NCBI GenBank assembly: GCA_040005235.1
Contig: JBDTZG010000108.1
Location: 1-12,038, forward strand
Source: Acidobacteriota bacterium
GTDB taxonomy: Bacteria > Acidobacteriota > Thermoanaerobaculia > Multivoradales > UBA5704
Length of the DNA stretch: 12,038 bases
Direction of reading: 5' to 3'
Of the stretch, positions 1 to 8,135 are shown in pieces; the stretch's first letter is position 1, and each line of letters opens with the position of its first letter. The translations under genes were made by a program, and so were the position numbers. A model generated the notes under the pieces. The model had not been told where the DNA came from. It ran no database searches and was given only the letters and a program-made list of their open reading frames with translations.

Positions 1-1940
1 CTCGGCTTGCGGATGCCGTGGTTCTGGCCGGGGTAGATGATCAGCTCGGTTTCGATCCCGAGCCGCTTGAGCGCTTGATAGAGCTGCTCTGAATTCAGCA
101 GCGGCACGTTCACGTCGTCCTGGCCGCCGAGAAAGAGGGTCGGCGTCTTGACGTTGTCGATGTGGAACCAGGGAGAGAGCTTCGTCCACAACTCGACGTT
201 TCGCCAAGGGAGCCCCAACTCGGTTTCCCACTCGTACTGATAATGATCGGTGCCGTAGTTGGCGAAATAGTTCGCCTCGCTCGCTCCGGAAGTCGCCGCC
301 TTGAAGCGAGTAGATTTGGTGATCACGTAGTCGGTGAGGATGCCGCCGTAGCTCCACCCTCCGACGCCCAGGCGGTCCGGATCTGCGACTCCCATCGAGA
401 TCGCGCCGTCGACCGCCGCCATCACGTCCGCAAAATCCTTGTTGCCCCAATCCGCCCAGATCGCGTAGCAAAAATCGCGGCCGTAGCCGGTCGAGCCGCG
501 CGGGTTCGCCGCGACCACCGCAAACCCTCCCGCTGCGAGCATCTGCCATTCGAGGTTCCAGCCCGTCGTGTACTGCGAGGTCGGCCCACCGTGGATGCGC
601 AGCACGGTCGGCAGGTTTTTACCCTTAGGCGCGTCCGGCGGCCGGGTCAGGAAGGCGTCGATCTTCGTGCTGTCGGCGCTGGTCGCCTTGAACCGTTCGA
701 GCTTGCCCAGCCGGATGCCCTTCAAGAATTCGTCGTTCGCGTGCGACAAGCGGAGCAGGTCGCCGGTTGCGCCGACCGCCGAGACTTCGCCGGGGTGGTC
801 CCATTGCGCCTCGACCACCGCGATCTCGTCTTTCGGTCCAAGGTCGAAGCTGTCGACTTCGCGTTCTCCGGCCACCACCCGGTCGGCCGGACCGCCCGAA
901 TTGGCCGAAACCCGGGCCAGATGCTGATTGCCCCCGTCTTCGAGTAGGAAGTAGACCTGCTGGCCGTCGGCCGAGAAACGGGGCGAGGAGATGTTGCGAT
1001 CCAGACCCCGCGTTAGGTCGCGCGGCGTGCCTCCGGCGGCCGGAACGATCGCCGCCGACGCGACGCCGTACCACATGTCGGACACCGGCCCGCCCGCTAC
1101 GTAGACGATCTCTTTGCCGTCCGGCGACCAATCGGGCGAAGCATCCGTTCCCGGCGAGGTGGCTACGGCGTGCGGCGCCGCCCCTTCCTTCGCCTCGACC
1201 ACGAAGATGTCGCTGTTCTGGTTCGCGTCCGGATCGGTGGTTCGATTGCTGGTGAAGGCGATCCGGGTTCCGTCCGGCGACCAGATGGGCTCGCTGTCGT
1301 CGTACTTGCCCGAGGTGACCTGGAAGGTCTTCTTGGTTGCGAGGTCGAACACGTAGAGATGCTCGCGGATCTCGCGCAGGTAGCCCTCGCCGTCGCGCTT
1401 GAACTGGCGGCGGTCGATGACGATCGGCTTCTCGGTCTTATCGTCGTCCTTCTCGCCCTCCTTCGGAGCATCCGGATCGACGTCGGCGACGATCAAAGCG
1501 AGCTTCTTGCCGTCCGGCGACCAGGCGATGTCCGAGACGCTGGCCTTGTACTCGGTCGCCTGCCAGGCCTCGCCGCCCCGCCGGTCGAGCAGGTAGACCT
1601 CCGTATCGTCGCCGTCCCGATCCGACAGGAACGCCAGATATTTGCCGGCCGGGCTCCACCGCGGCGTGTTCTCCGACTTCTTGCTCGTGGTCAACCGAAT
1701 CGCCTCGCCCCCCGCCCGAGGAGCCATCCAAATGTCGGCGTCCGACTTGTCCTTCTTCAAGTCCATCGACTGGACTGTGTAGGCCACCCACATCCCGTCA
1801 GGGCTGACCTGGGGATCGGAAACCGACTTCAAAGCCGCGACGTCTTCGGGCTTGAGCGACCGGGGAGAATCGGCCGCAAGGGCCGGAAGGGCGAAAGCAA
1901 CGAGCAGGAAGCCGAGCAGAGAGATACGACAGGAACGCAT
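1..1940 (-). CDS. S9 family (prolyl oligopeptidase / dipeptidyl-aminopeptidase-like) secreted serine peptidase; 3' end lies outside the window
   Basis: Read by hand; absent from the ORF track because there is no stop in the window. ATG at 1940 with AGGAG 5 nt upstream. Signal peptide MRSCRISLLGFLLVAFALPALA, TolB/PD40-like repeats (VSDPQVSPDG, WSPAGK, WSPDGK), IHGGP, nucleophile motif GWSYGG (342-359), GQDDVNVP (Asp about 114-116) and YPGQNHG (His 18-20). Confidence 0.95.
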   Translation of the reverse strand, partial: MRSCRISLLGFLLVAFALPALAADSPRSLKPEDVAALKSVSDPQVSPDGMWVAYTVQSMDLKKDKSDADIWMAPRAGGEAIRLTTSKKSENTPRWSPAGKYLAFLSDRDGDDTEVYLLDRRGGEAWQATEYKASVSDIAWSPDGKKLALIVADVDPDAPKEGEKDDDKTEKPIVIDRRQFKRDGEGYLREIREHLYVFDLATKKTFQVTSGKYDDSEPIWSPDGTRIAFTSNRTTDPDANQNSDIFVVEAKEGAAPHAVATSPGTDASPDWSPDGKEIVYVAGGPVSDMWYGVASAAIVPAAGGTPRDLTRGLDRNISSPRFSADGQQVYFLLEDGGNQHLARVSANSGGPADRVVAGEREVDSFDLGPKDEIAVVEAQWDHPGEVSAVGATGDLLRLSHANDEFLKGIRLGKLERFKATSADSTKIDAFLTRPPDAPKGKNLPTVLRIHGGPTSQYTTGWNLEWQMLAAGGFAVVAANPRGSTGYGRDFCYAIWADWGNKDFADVMAAVDGAISMGVADPDRLGVGGWSYGGILTDYVITKSTRFKAATSGASEANYFANYGTDHYQYEWETELGLPWRNVELWTKLSPWFHIDNVKTPTLFLGGQDDVNVPLLNSEQLYQALKRLGIETELIIYPGQNHGIRKP

Positions 1941-1983
1941 AGGTTCTCCTCGAACGGGGTGGCCGGGGGCGGCGAGCCCGCGC

Positions 1984-1992
1984 ATCCTAGCA
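1984..1992 (-). promoter_or_regulatory. Extended -10 element (TGcTAGGAT) of the peptidase gene
   Basis: TGn-TAGGAT on the minus strand, 43 nt upstream of the ATG. The identical 9-mer precedes the divergent gene. Confidence 0.5.
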
Positions 1993-2123
1993 GCGGCGGC
2001 GGGGAGGTCCGCGACACTCCGGCCCACTACAACCGAACCGCATTTTGAGCGTCTTCTCTCTCGAGACCTCACCGAATGCGACGGCTGCCGGAAGAGCCGG
2101 AGACGGCTTCGCCGTGAGAGCGA

Positions 2124-2132
2124 TGCTAGGAT
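2124..2132 (+). promoter_or_regulatory. Extended -10 element (TGcTAGGAT) of a probable leaderless DUF433 transcript
   Basis: TAGGAT at 2127-2132 with TG at 2124-2125, then 7 nt and the ATG at 2140. No Shine-Dalgarno sequence. Confidence 0.55.
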
Positions 2133-2139
2133 TCAGCGC

Positions 2140-2487
2140 ATGTCGAGACTCGCGCAGATCGAGGAGGAGCTGTCTACCCTCACTCGCGGCGAAAAAGCGG
2201 AGGTTCTTCGCTGGGTCGCGCGGGACCTGGGTGACAGCTTCGAGGTCTTTGCGGGCATCGATTCCGACCCCGCGGTCTGCGGCGGCGAGCCGTGCATCGT
2301 GAGAACGCGGATCCCCGTCTGGCTGTTGGTGCGTGCGCGGCAGCTGGGGAGTACCGAGGCCGACCTCCTTCAAGCCTACCCGCAGCTTCGCGCGGAGGAT
2401 CTCGCGAACGCCTGGGCCTACCACCGAGCCCACCGGAACGAGATCGAAGGCCAGATCGTAGCCAACGAAACGGCCCGCCCCTCCTGA
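2140..2487 (+). CDS. DUF433 domain protein (putative antitoxin), 115 aa
   Basis: IDSDPAVCGGEPCIVRTRIPVWLLV...GSTEADLLQAYPQLRAEDLANAWAY matches the DUF433 pattern. Start moved from 1852 to ATG 2140 because the longer ORF overlaps the peptidase gene. Confidence 0.9.
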   Translation: MSRLAQIEEELSTLTRGEKAEVLRWVARDLGDSFEVFAGIDSDPAVCGGEPCIVRTRIPVWLLVRARQLGSTEADLLQAYPQLRAEDLANAWAYHRAHRNEIEGQIVANETARPS

Positions 2488-3135
2488 CTACACCGCGAAC
2501 ACCCGCCCCACCTCCACCCCCGCCCGCGCCGCCAGATCGCGCAACGTCCGCTCGGCTTCTCCTGCGAAGACGGCGTCCTTCGGCAGGTAGGCGACCAGCC
2601 AACCGTGGGCGGTATCCGACTGAATTTTGACTCGCACGCTGTCGGTGATCGGGGTGCCGAGCGGCCCCTTTGCGTCGGCGAGAAGGGGTTTTCCTTCGAG
2701 CGAGAACGGGCCGCGGAGCGATTCGAAGGTTTCGCCTGGCGCTCCGGCGCGGAGCACGAGCGGCGGTTCCATGGAGTCGGCCGCCATGATGCAACTGGGC
2801 ACCGCGAGGTCGATCGAGAGTGCGTTGTTCAGGTCGACCAGCGGTTGGATCGCGGCAAGGTCTTCGCTTTTGAGTACCCTTCGGAGCAGCGCTTCGGACG
2901 ACGGCCGGTAACGGGTCGGATCGCACCCCGCGGCGCGAAACAGCTTGCGGATCGCGGCCACCGTCGGATCGTCGGCCGACAGCTGCGCACCGTGCCGCGC
3001 ACGAGCTTTCTCGATCGTCTCGCGCAGCACCGCGTGCGCCGCTGGGGAGGCGGGATCGACCGTCAGCTCGGCCCAGACGAGAGTCCAGCCGGGCAGGTCG
3101 AGAAGGACGGAGAAATGGGCGTCGCTCACGTCCAT
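2488..3135 (-). CDS. Standalone B3/4 domain protein (PheRS beta-subunit editing-domain-like)
   Basis: RKLFRAAGCDPTRYRPSSEALLRRVLK...PLVDLNNALS...LLADAKGPLG is typical of the B3/4 domain. Start is probably ATG 3135 or GTG 3129; the ORF-track start at 3210 overlaps the permease. Confidence 0.85.
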   Translation of the reverse strand: MDVSDAHFSVLLDLPGWTLVWAELTVDPASPAAHAVLRETIEKARARHGAQLSADDPTVAAIRKLFRAAGCDPTRYRPSSEALLRRVLKSEDLAAIQPLVDLNNALSIDLAVPSCIMAADSMEPPLVLRAGAPGETFESLRGPFSLEGKPLLADAKGPLGTPITDSVRVKIQSDTAHGWLVAYLPKDAVFAGEAERTLRDLAARAGVEVGRVFAV

Positions 3136-3164
3136 GATTTTGTCATGGCGTTCGCGGGTCTGCC

Positions 3165-5060
3165 TCACCGCGGGACGATCGGTTTCAAGCTCTCGGTTTT
3201 CGGATCCCATCGGGCGAAAGCGGCGGGGCCGATCTGCACCACCGTGACGCCGGAGATGGTCGTTTCGGGCGACGGGATGAAGCCGCGACCGACCTCTCTA
3301 CTGCCGCCGGTTGCCAGATCGAGCAGCAACAGGTGTCTCGCGAACGGATCGAGCGGCGCGTTTTCGGCCACCGCCGATGCGAGGATCTTGGTCGGAGTGG
3401 GCTGCGCACCGAACAACAGCCCGCGCTTGCCGCGAAGATCGAACCGTCGGCGCAAAATTCCCCGGCGGTCATAGACCGCGAAGCTTAGCAATCCAGGACC
3501 CCGCACCTGAATGGCCACGGAGCCATCGGAGAGCAGCACCCCTCCGGTCCGTCCAGCTTCGTTGATTTCACTCAGGACGGCACCGGTTCGACCGTCGAAC
3601 AACTTTCGCAACCCGGTCCCGGTCTCTCGAACGATTACCGTTTCCCCATCGAGGCTCACGTCCCAGGCGTAGCCGTGCACCCCGAGCGGAATCGTTCCGA
3701 TCGAGGTCGGCTCGGTTCCGGGGTTTCCCATAACCGCGAGGTCGCCGATCGAGATTCGCGGATCGAAGCTCGCCCCGACGTTTCCTCCCGCACTCCAGAA
3801 CCGAAGACGATCGTCGGTAATCCAGCGAATCCGAAGGGCGTCCCAATCCGACGTGATGGGAATCGAGCTCAGGAGGCGACCGGTCCGCAGCTCAAACACC
3901 AACAGGCGCCGGTCAGAACGCAGAGCGATCCGCCTTCCGGTGGGCGACAGCGTAGGCACTTCCGCGAGCCCCTCAAACGTGATCGGCGCGGTGCGGACTT
4001 CGGGCTTAGGCGCCGAAAGATCGACCCAGCGAACCTCCGAGCCGCGCGGCAGCCGGTTGATCCAAGCGACGATCTTTCCGTCGTCCGAAAATCCGGGGCG
4101 GATCGACACGTTCGAGAGGGTGAGTCCCTGGCGCACAACGCGGCCGGTCACCGCATCGATCAAGAACTGGCCGGAAAGGGCGCCTCGGCCCCGCAGATCT
4201 CCGCCGACCGCGAACCAGGTTCCGGCGGGCGCTTGAAACAGTGTTACGACTCTCTTAAGGTCGGAAAGGCCGGGAGAGAGGACCCAGCGCGAGGCCCCTT
4301 CAAGCGCCAGCGCCCCCAGCAGAAGCGGCCCCCAAAGCGCGAGAGAAAGTGCCTTGTGGCTGCGGGCGAGATCCGTTCGGCCGACGAGAATCTGGACCAG
4401 GCTTGCGCCGATCAGAACCACGAGGAGGAACGCGGAGAACGAGATCGCGCCGACCCCCAGGGCATCCAAGGCCCAATTGCGATGGAGCCGCGAAAGGGCG
4501 GTCTCGACCAACACGCCGACCGCCAGAAGGCCGGCGAAATCAAAGCCCAGGGTGGCGGAACGCGAAGCCAAGAACACCGTTACTCCGTGAGCGAGGAAAA
4601 AGAGCACCCCACAGGCGAGCAGGCCCACGGTGAACGCCCCGGCTGCATCGAGCGCCGGAAGCCAGCCGACTCCCGGGCCGGCGACCCCGTACCGGGCCGG
4701 GCCGCTCAGAAGCGCCGGCCCCCCCACCAGCAGAGCAGAGACCGAGAGGATACCGAGGGCCGCACCGATCCGTCCGGCCCAAATCGAGAAGCCCTGGATC
4801 GGACGAACGAAATCGAAGCCTAGCCGGCCGTCCGCAAGATCGCGGGCGATCGCGCCGGAACCAAGGATCAAGGCGTAGATGGAGCAGGTGAGTAACCCGA
4901 GGAGCAGCGCCGCGGCCGAGGCCGATTCGGCGGCGAACGTACCGGACTCACCTTGAAGCCGCGGGATGATCTGGGCCATCAGGCCAATCGCGACCGCGCC
5001 GAGCAAAAGGATGCGACGCAGGCGAAATTCTCGAGCGAAAATGGCGAGGAACGCGCTCAT
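3165..5060 (-). CDS. ABC-2-type permease-like membrane protein with a C-terminal beta-propeller-like domain, 631 aa
   Basis: N-terminus AIFAREFR, about 6-7 hydrophobic segments and ARDLADGRLGFDFVRPI (ABC-2 coupling-helix-like). The remaining ~370 aa are soluble with FSDDGKIVAW / LSPTGRRIAL / VSLDGETVIV repeats. ATGA overlap with the ATPase gene. Confidence 0.75.
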   Translation of the reverse strand: MSAFLAIFAREFRLRRILLLGAVAIGLMAQIIPRLQGESGTFAAESASAAALLLGLLTCSIYALILGSGAIARDLADGRLGFDFVRPIQGFSIWAGRIGAALGILSVSALLVGGPALLSGPARYGVAGPGVGWLPALDAAGAFTVGLLACGVLFFLAHGVTVFLASRSATLGFDFAGLLAVGVLVETALSRLHRNWALDALGVGAISFSAFLLVVLIGASLVQILVGRTDLARSHKALSLALWGPLLLGALALEGASRWVLSPGLSDLKRVVTLFQAPAGTWFAVGGDLRGRGALSGQFLIDAVTGRVVRQGLTLSNVSIRPGFSDDGKIVAWINRLPRGSEVRWVDLSAPKPEVRTAPITFEGLAEVPTLSPTGRRIALRSDRRLLVFELRTGRLLSSIPITSDWDALRIRWITDDRLRFWSAGGNVGASFDPRISIGDLAVMGNPGTEPTSIGTIPLGVHGYAWDVSLDGETVIVRETGTGLRKLFDGRTGAVLSEINEAGRTGGVLLSDGSVAIQVRGPGLLSFAVYDRRGILRRRFDLRGKRGLLFGAQPTPTKILASAVAENAPLDPFARHLLLLDLATGGSREVGRGFIPSPETTISGVTVVQIGPAAFARWDPKTESLKPIVPR

Positions 5061-5959
5061 GCGACACCTTTCGGCCCGGCCGATCCGACCAGGGCGACGA
5101 ACAAATCTTCGAGCCGAACGGCTTCCACCTCAGCCGTGCCGAAGCGGGCGAAGTCTGCCCAGCGCTCTTCGGAAAACCGCGAGACGATCGTTTCCAACCC
5201 CCAGGCCTTCCGTTCGACCGTCAAGGGCGCGAGCTCGGCGAGGGCCGCTTCGATCCCTTCCGCCGGCCGCGCCCAACGCAGGCGGCGAAAACGCTCTTTG
5301 ACCGATTCCAGATCCTCGTCGAGCAGGAGCGTCCCTTCGCGCAGGATGCCCACCCGATCGGCGATTCCTTCGACCGCCGCCAGCTCGTGGGTGGTCAAGA
5401 AGACGGTGGTGCCGCGCTCGGCCAGATCGCCGATCAGCTCTTCGAAAACGGAGCGCTTGGCGACCGGATCGAGGCCGAGGGTCGGATCGTCGAGAATCAA
5501 AAGAGGAGGCGCCGGGGCGAGGGCCAGAGCGAGCGCCACCTGCCCCTTCTGCCCCTTGGAAAGCCGGCCGAACGGGAGATCGAGCGGTACACCGAACCGG
5601 CGCAGGCGCTCGTCAAACCCCGCGCGATCGAAGCGAGGAAAGATCCGGGCGGAAAATCGTGCGATCTCCCGGGCGGAAAGCGTGGCTGGAGCATCCGTCT
5701 CTTCAGGAACCACGCCGACCTCGGCGAGCACCTGTGCCCGCTCCCGCCAAACGTCCCGGCCGAACAGTAGGGCACTCCCCGAATCAGGTCGGCGCAGGCC
5801 GAGCAGGCAGCGCACCAGGCTCGATTTTCCCGCGCCGTTCAATCCGATTAAAGCGTAGACAGAGCCCGGATCGACCGACAGTGAAACCTGGTCGAGGGCG
5901 CTCTTCCGCCCGTACCGGACGGACAGCTCGTTTGCCCGCAAAGGAACTTCGGGGCTCAT
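5057..5959 (-). CDS. ABC transporter ATP-binding protein (YtrB-like), 300 aa
   Basis: Walker A GLNGAGKS, signature LSKGQ, Walker B LLILDDPT and H-loop TTH. ATG 5959 overlaps the GntR stop (ATGA) and follows GGAGGAGG. Confidence 0.95.
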   Translation of the reverse strand: MSPEVPLRANELSVRYGRKSALDQVSLSVDPGSVYALIGLNGAGKSSLVRCLLGLRRPDSGSALLFGRDVWRERAQVLAEVGVVPEETDAPATLSAREIARFSARIFPRFDRAGFDERLRRFGVPLDLPFGRLSKGQKGQVALALALAPAPPLLILDDPTLGLDPVAKRSVFEELIGDLAERGTTVFLTTHELAAVEGIADRVGILREGTLLLDEDLESVKERFRRLRWARPAEGIEAALAELAPLTVERKAWGLETIVSRFSEERWADFARFGTAEVEAVRLEDLFVALVGSAGPKGVA

Positions 5960-6357
5960 GCCTCTCCTCCTCCTTCCCGGCTCTCGACGATCTGGTCCCA
6001 AGCCGACTCGACCGACTCGACCGTCTCCTCCCGCGAAACCCCGAGAGTGACCGCCTGGCTCGCGAACCGAACAGCGGCCTCGTCCAGCAGCCGGTCTCGC
6101 TCCCGCTTAGGGAACGCCGGGGGCTTCTCCGAAACGAAGGTCCCCTCCCCCCGTCGGACAACCAGCACCCCCTGGTCGGTCAAACGCTGGTAGGCCTTGG
6201 AAACCGTCGCCGGATTGACCTGCAGATCCTTCGCCAAATCGCGCACCGAAGGGACGCTCTCCCCCGAAGGAAGAGCCCCACTCGCCACCAAATGGCGAAC
6301 CGCCTCCTCAATCTGTCGCCAGATCGGGCGCGGATCCGATGGATCGATCCTAAGCAT
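5956..6357 (-). CDS. GntR family transcriptional regulator, YtrA subfamily
   Basis: PIWRQIEEAVRHLVASGAL...PSVRDLAKDLQVNPATVSKAYQRL...VRRGEGTFV winged HTH with a short helical C-terminus, upstream of ABC genes. Start is ATG 6357 (alternative GTG 6378). Confidence 0.93.
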   Translation of the reverse strand: MLRIDPSDPRPIWRQIEEAVRHLVASGALPSGESVPSVRDLAKDLQVNPATVSKAYQRLTDQGVLVVRRGEGTFVSEKPPAFPKRERDRLLDEAAVRFASQAVTLGVSREETVESVESAWDQIVESREGGGEA

Positions 6358-6396
6358 CCCGGCGTCCCCGAAGGCCACCGGCTGGGCGGTGGCGGT

Positions 6397-6414
6397 GTGT
6401 CAGGGTTATAACAC
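6397..6414. promoter_or_regulatory. Candidate YtrA operator overlapping the promoter
   Basis: Inverted repeat GTGTcA-GGGTTA-TaACAC (5 of 6 positions match). It contains the -10-like TGtTATAAC on the minus strand, about 40 nt upstream of ATG 6357. Confidence 0.6.
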
Positions 6415-6458
6415 GGCCCAGGACAGTGGTGGCGCGGCCGGCCTTGTGGCGTTCATCT

Positions 6459-6956
6459 TCAGCCCTCTCCAGCAAGCTCTAAGATCTTCCCGATCAGTTC
6501 CGGTGAAAGCCGGTAGCCGACATCGGCAAGTTGAACGAGAACCGGGGCGACTTCTTGGAGAAGACCCTTTTCCTTGGCGGCCAGGAGCACGCCGCCTGTG
6601 CCGACTACGCGGAGTCCTCGGCTTCTCGCGAGCGAGCGACCGCGCTTGTCGTCCATCAGTAGGAAACCGCAACGGAGCTGCTCGAACAAGGCGATTGCCT
6701 CGGCTTCTCCGGGGTCGACCATGAGGCGCAGCTCATTCAGTGCGTTGACCGGCTCCGGATCGGTTCGCACGATCCAGCCTTGGTCCAAAGCCTCACCAAG
6801 CACCTTGGCGCCCGGGCGGTCTGCGTGGATCTCGAGTTCGTCCAGAACCCGTCCTGGAATCAAGACCGTCGAGTAGAGGCTGTGGAGGATCCCAAGGAGA
6901 CGTGTCCTCGCCAACGCGATGAGCGGCCCGGCGTCGGCGACAATGACTTCGGTCAA
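6459..6956 (-). CDS. DUF3368 / PIN-domain putative toxin (VapC-like), 165 aa
   Basis: [40 protein letters not shown] and [15 protein letters not shown]...GYRLS are PIN plus DUF3368 motifs. The TTG start overlaps the upstream stop (TTGA). Confidence 0.9.
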   Translation of the reverse strand: MTEVIVADAGPLIALARTRLLGILHSLYSTVLIPGRVLDELEIHADRPGAKVLGEALDQGWIVRTDPEPVNALNELRLMVDPGEAEAIALFEQLRCGFLLMDDKRGRSLARSRGLRVVGTGGVLLAAKEKGLLQEVAPVLVQLADVGYRLSPELIGKILELAGEG

Positions 6957-7285
6957 CGCGCGTTCTCGAGCTCTTCGACCAGTTCTTCCGCCGGGTAACT
7001 CACCGCGGCAACGCCGGCCTGGCCGAGCAACTCAATGAAAGCCTCAATGGAGAGGTCGGCCAGCTTTGCGGCTTGCGCTAGCGTTGCTTGTCCGGCTTCG
7101 TAGACGTCCAGGGCCATTGCCCGATGGACTCCGTAAGCGAGCAGGCGCTCTCCGAAGGGAATCGCGAGAATGGCAGGCCGACCGTGCTTCGTGATGATGG
7201 AGAGCTTTCCCGCCTCGGCGTCCCGAAGCAGGTCTCCCGTACGAAGACGGAGGTCGCGGACGGTGAAAACGTCAAAGGGTTCCAT
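6953..7285 (-). CDS. Putative antitoxin with N-terminal Phd/YefM-like and C-terminal UPF0175-like domains, 110 aa
   Basis: [34 protein letters not shown] is Phd-like; [35 protein letters not shown] is UPF0175-like. ATG 7285 follows GGGAGGAAGAGG. Confidence 0.85.
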   Translation of the reverse strand: MEPFDVFTVRDLRLRTGDLLRDAEAGKLSIITKHGRPAILAIPFGERLLAYGVHRAMALDVYEAGQATLAQAAKLADLSIEAFIELLGQAGVAAVSYPAEELVEELENAR

Positions 7286-7302
7286 GGGCCTCTTCCTCCC
7301 AA

Positions 7303-7326
7303 TTGTGCCGTCAAAGCGTAGCACAA
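7303..7326. promoter_or_regulatory. Candidate autoregulatory operator of the TA operon
   Basis: Perfect inverted repeat TTGTGC-N12-GCACAA overlapping the minus-strand extended -10-like TGcTACGCT (7323-7315). Confidence 0.55.
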
Positions 7327-7387
7327 CGAAATTAAACTTCCGAATGGACCTAACTCCTAATTCCAGGGGAGGAGGAGCGCCAGCCGT

Positions 7388-7849
7388 TCACACCCTGGCA
7401 TACGCATGCTGCGTGAACCGGTTCCAGCCCTTCTTGGTCTTCGATTCGACCGCCCAGTTGCAGCCATCGTTCTCCCCGGGCCAATAGACCATGCGGGCGA
7501 GGCCGGCGGGCATTTGGGCTTCGAAGGCGATGGCTTCGGGGTGGATGTCGGAGCCGTCTGCGAGAGTTCCTTGGGATATCTTGCCGTCGGAGGTGAACGA
7601 CCAGAAGGCGATCACTCCGTTGTCGTCGACTCTGTAGATCGCGTGCTCTTCGTAGGCCTTGCCACCCGGCAGTTGCCAGCGGGCTTCGAGGAGCACGGCG
7701 GTTCCTTGAAGGATGGGGGTGAAGGTTCGGGAACAACCCACACGGCCCATCGGTGAATCGGCGTCGGCACGCCACGAACCGATCAGGGGTTCGAGGATGC
7801 CGAGTTTGCCGCGGCTTTTTTTCCAGAGTGTCGTCTTGGACGTTGGCAT
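7388..7849 (-). CDS. Hypothetical protein, possibly a calycin-like beta-barrel (DUF1579/nitrobindin-like)
   Basis: LEPLIGSW near the N-terminus, alternating beta-strand pattern and FWSFTSDG. Start is ATG 7849 or TTG 7858. The fold assignment is tentative. Confidence 0.7.
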   Translation of the reverse strand: MPTSKTTLWKKSRGKLGILEPLIGSWRADADSPMGRVGCSRTFTPILQGTAVLLEARWQLPGGKAYEEHAIYRVDDNGVIAFWSFTSDGKISQGTLADGSDIHPEAIAFEAQMPAGLARMVYWPGENDGCNWAVESKTKKGWNRFTQHAYARV

Positions 7850-7854
7850 GGCGA

Positions 7855-8135
7855 TCAATAGACCTCGTCGTGGCTTCCAACGGTCTCCAAGAGGATCGCT
7901 TCCTCGCCCTCGTGCTCGATAAAGGTGAAGAGGATTCTTAAGTCGTAGCTGGCGCTGCAGGCCAACGAGCCTTCGAGCCTGCCCTTCAGCTTGTGGCTTC
8001 GGAGCCTAGGATCGGTAGCATCGGTCGCACGTAGGGCCAGGCTGGCTTGAGTAATCTCTGGCTTGATGACCTAAGTGTGACCACCCGCAGGGCGGCACGC
8101 AGGAAGCCCGGCGAGGGGAAGAGCTTTCGCTTCAC
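7855..8135 (-). pseudogene. Frameshifted RelE/StbE/YafQ-family mRNA interferase toxin
   Basis: GTG 8135 (GTGA overlap with the antitoxin stop) reads MKRKLFPSPGFLRAALRVV and stops at 7988-7986. A second frame carries QASLALRATDATDPRLRSHKLKGRLEGSLACSASYDLRILFTFIEHEGEEAILLETVGSHDEVY* ending at 7855. The span is 281 nt, not a multiple of 3. Confidence 0.85.

Noticed and set aside
162-2048. Long plus-strand ORFs (162-947, 1170-2048 and others)
   Set aside because: Antisense shadows of the S9 peptidase in GC-rich DNA, with no recognisable motifs.
2605-6411. Long plus-strand ORFs (2605-3474, 3675-4823, 4953-5858, 5659-6411)
   Set aside because: Arg/Pro-rich shadow frames opposite well-supported minus-strand genes.
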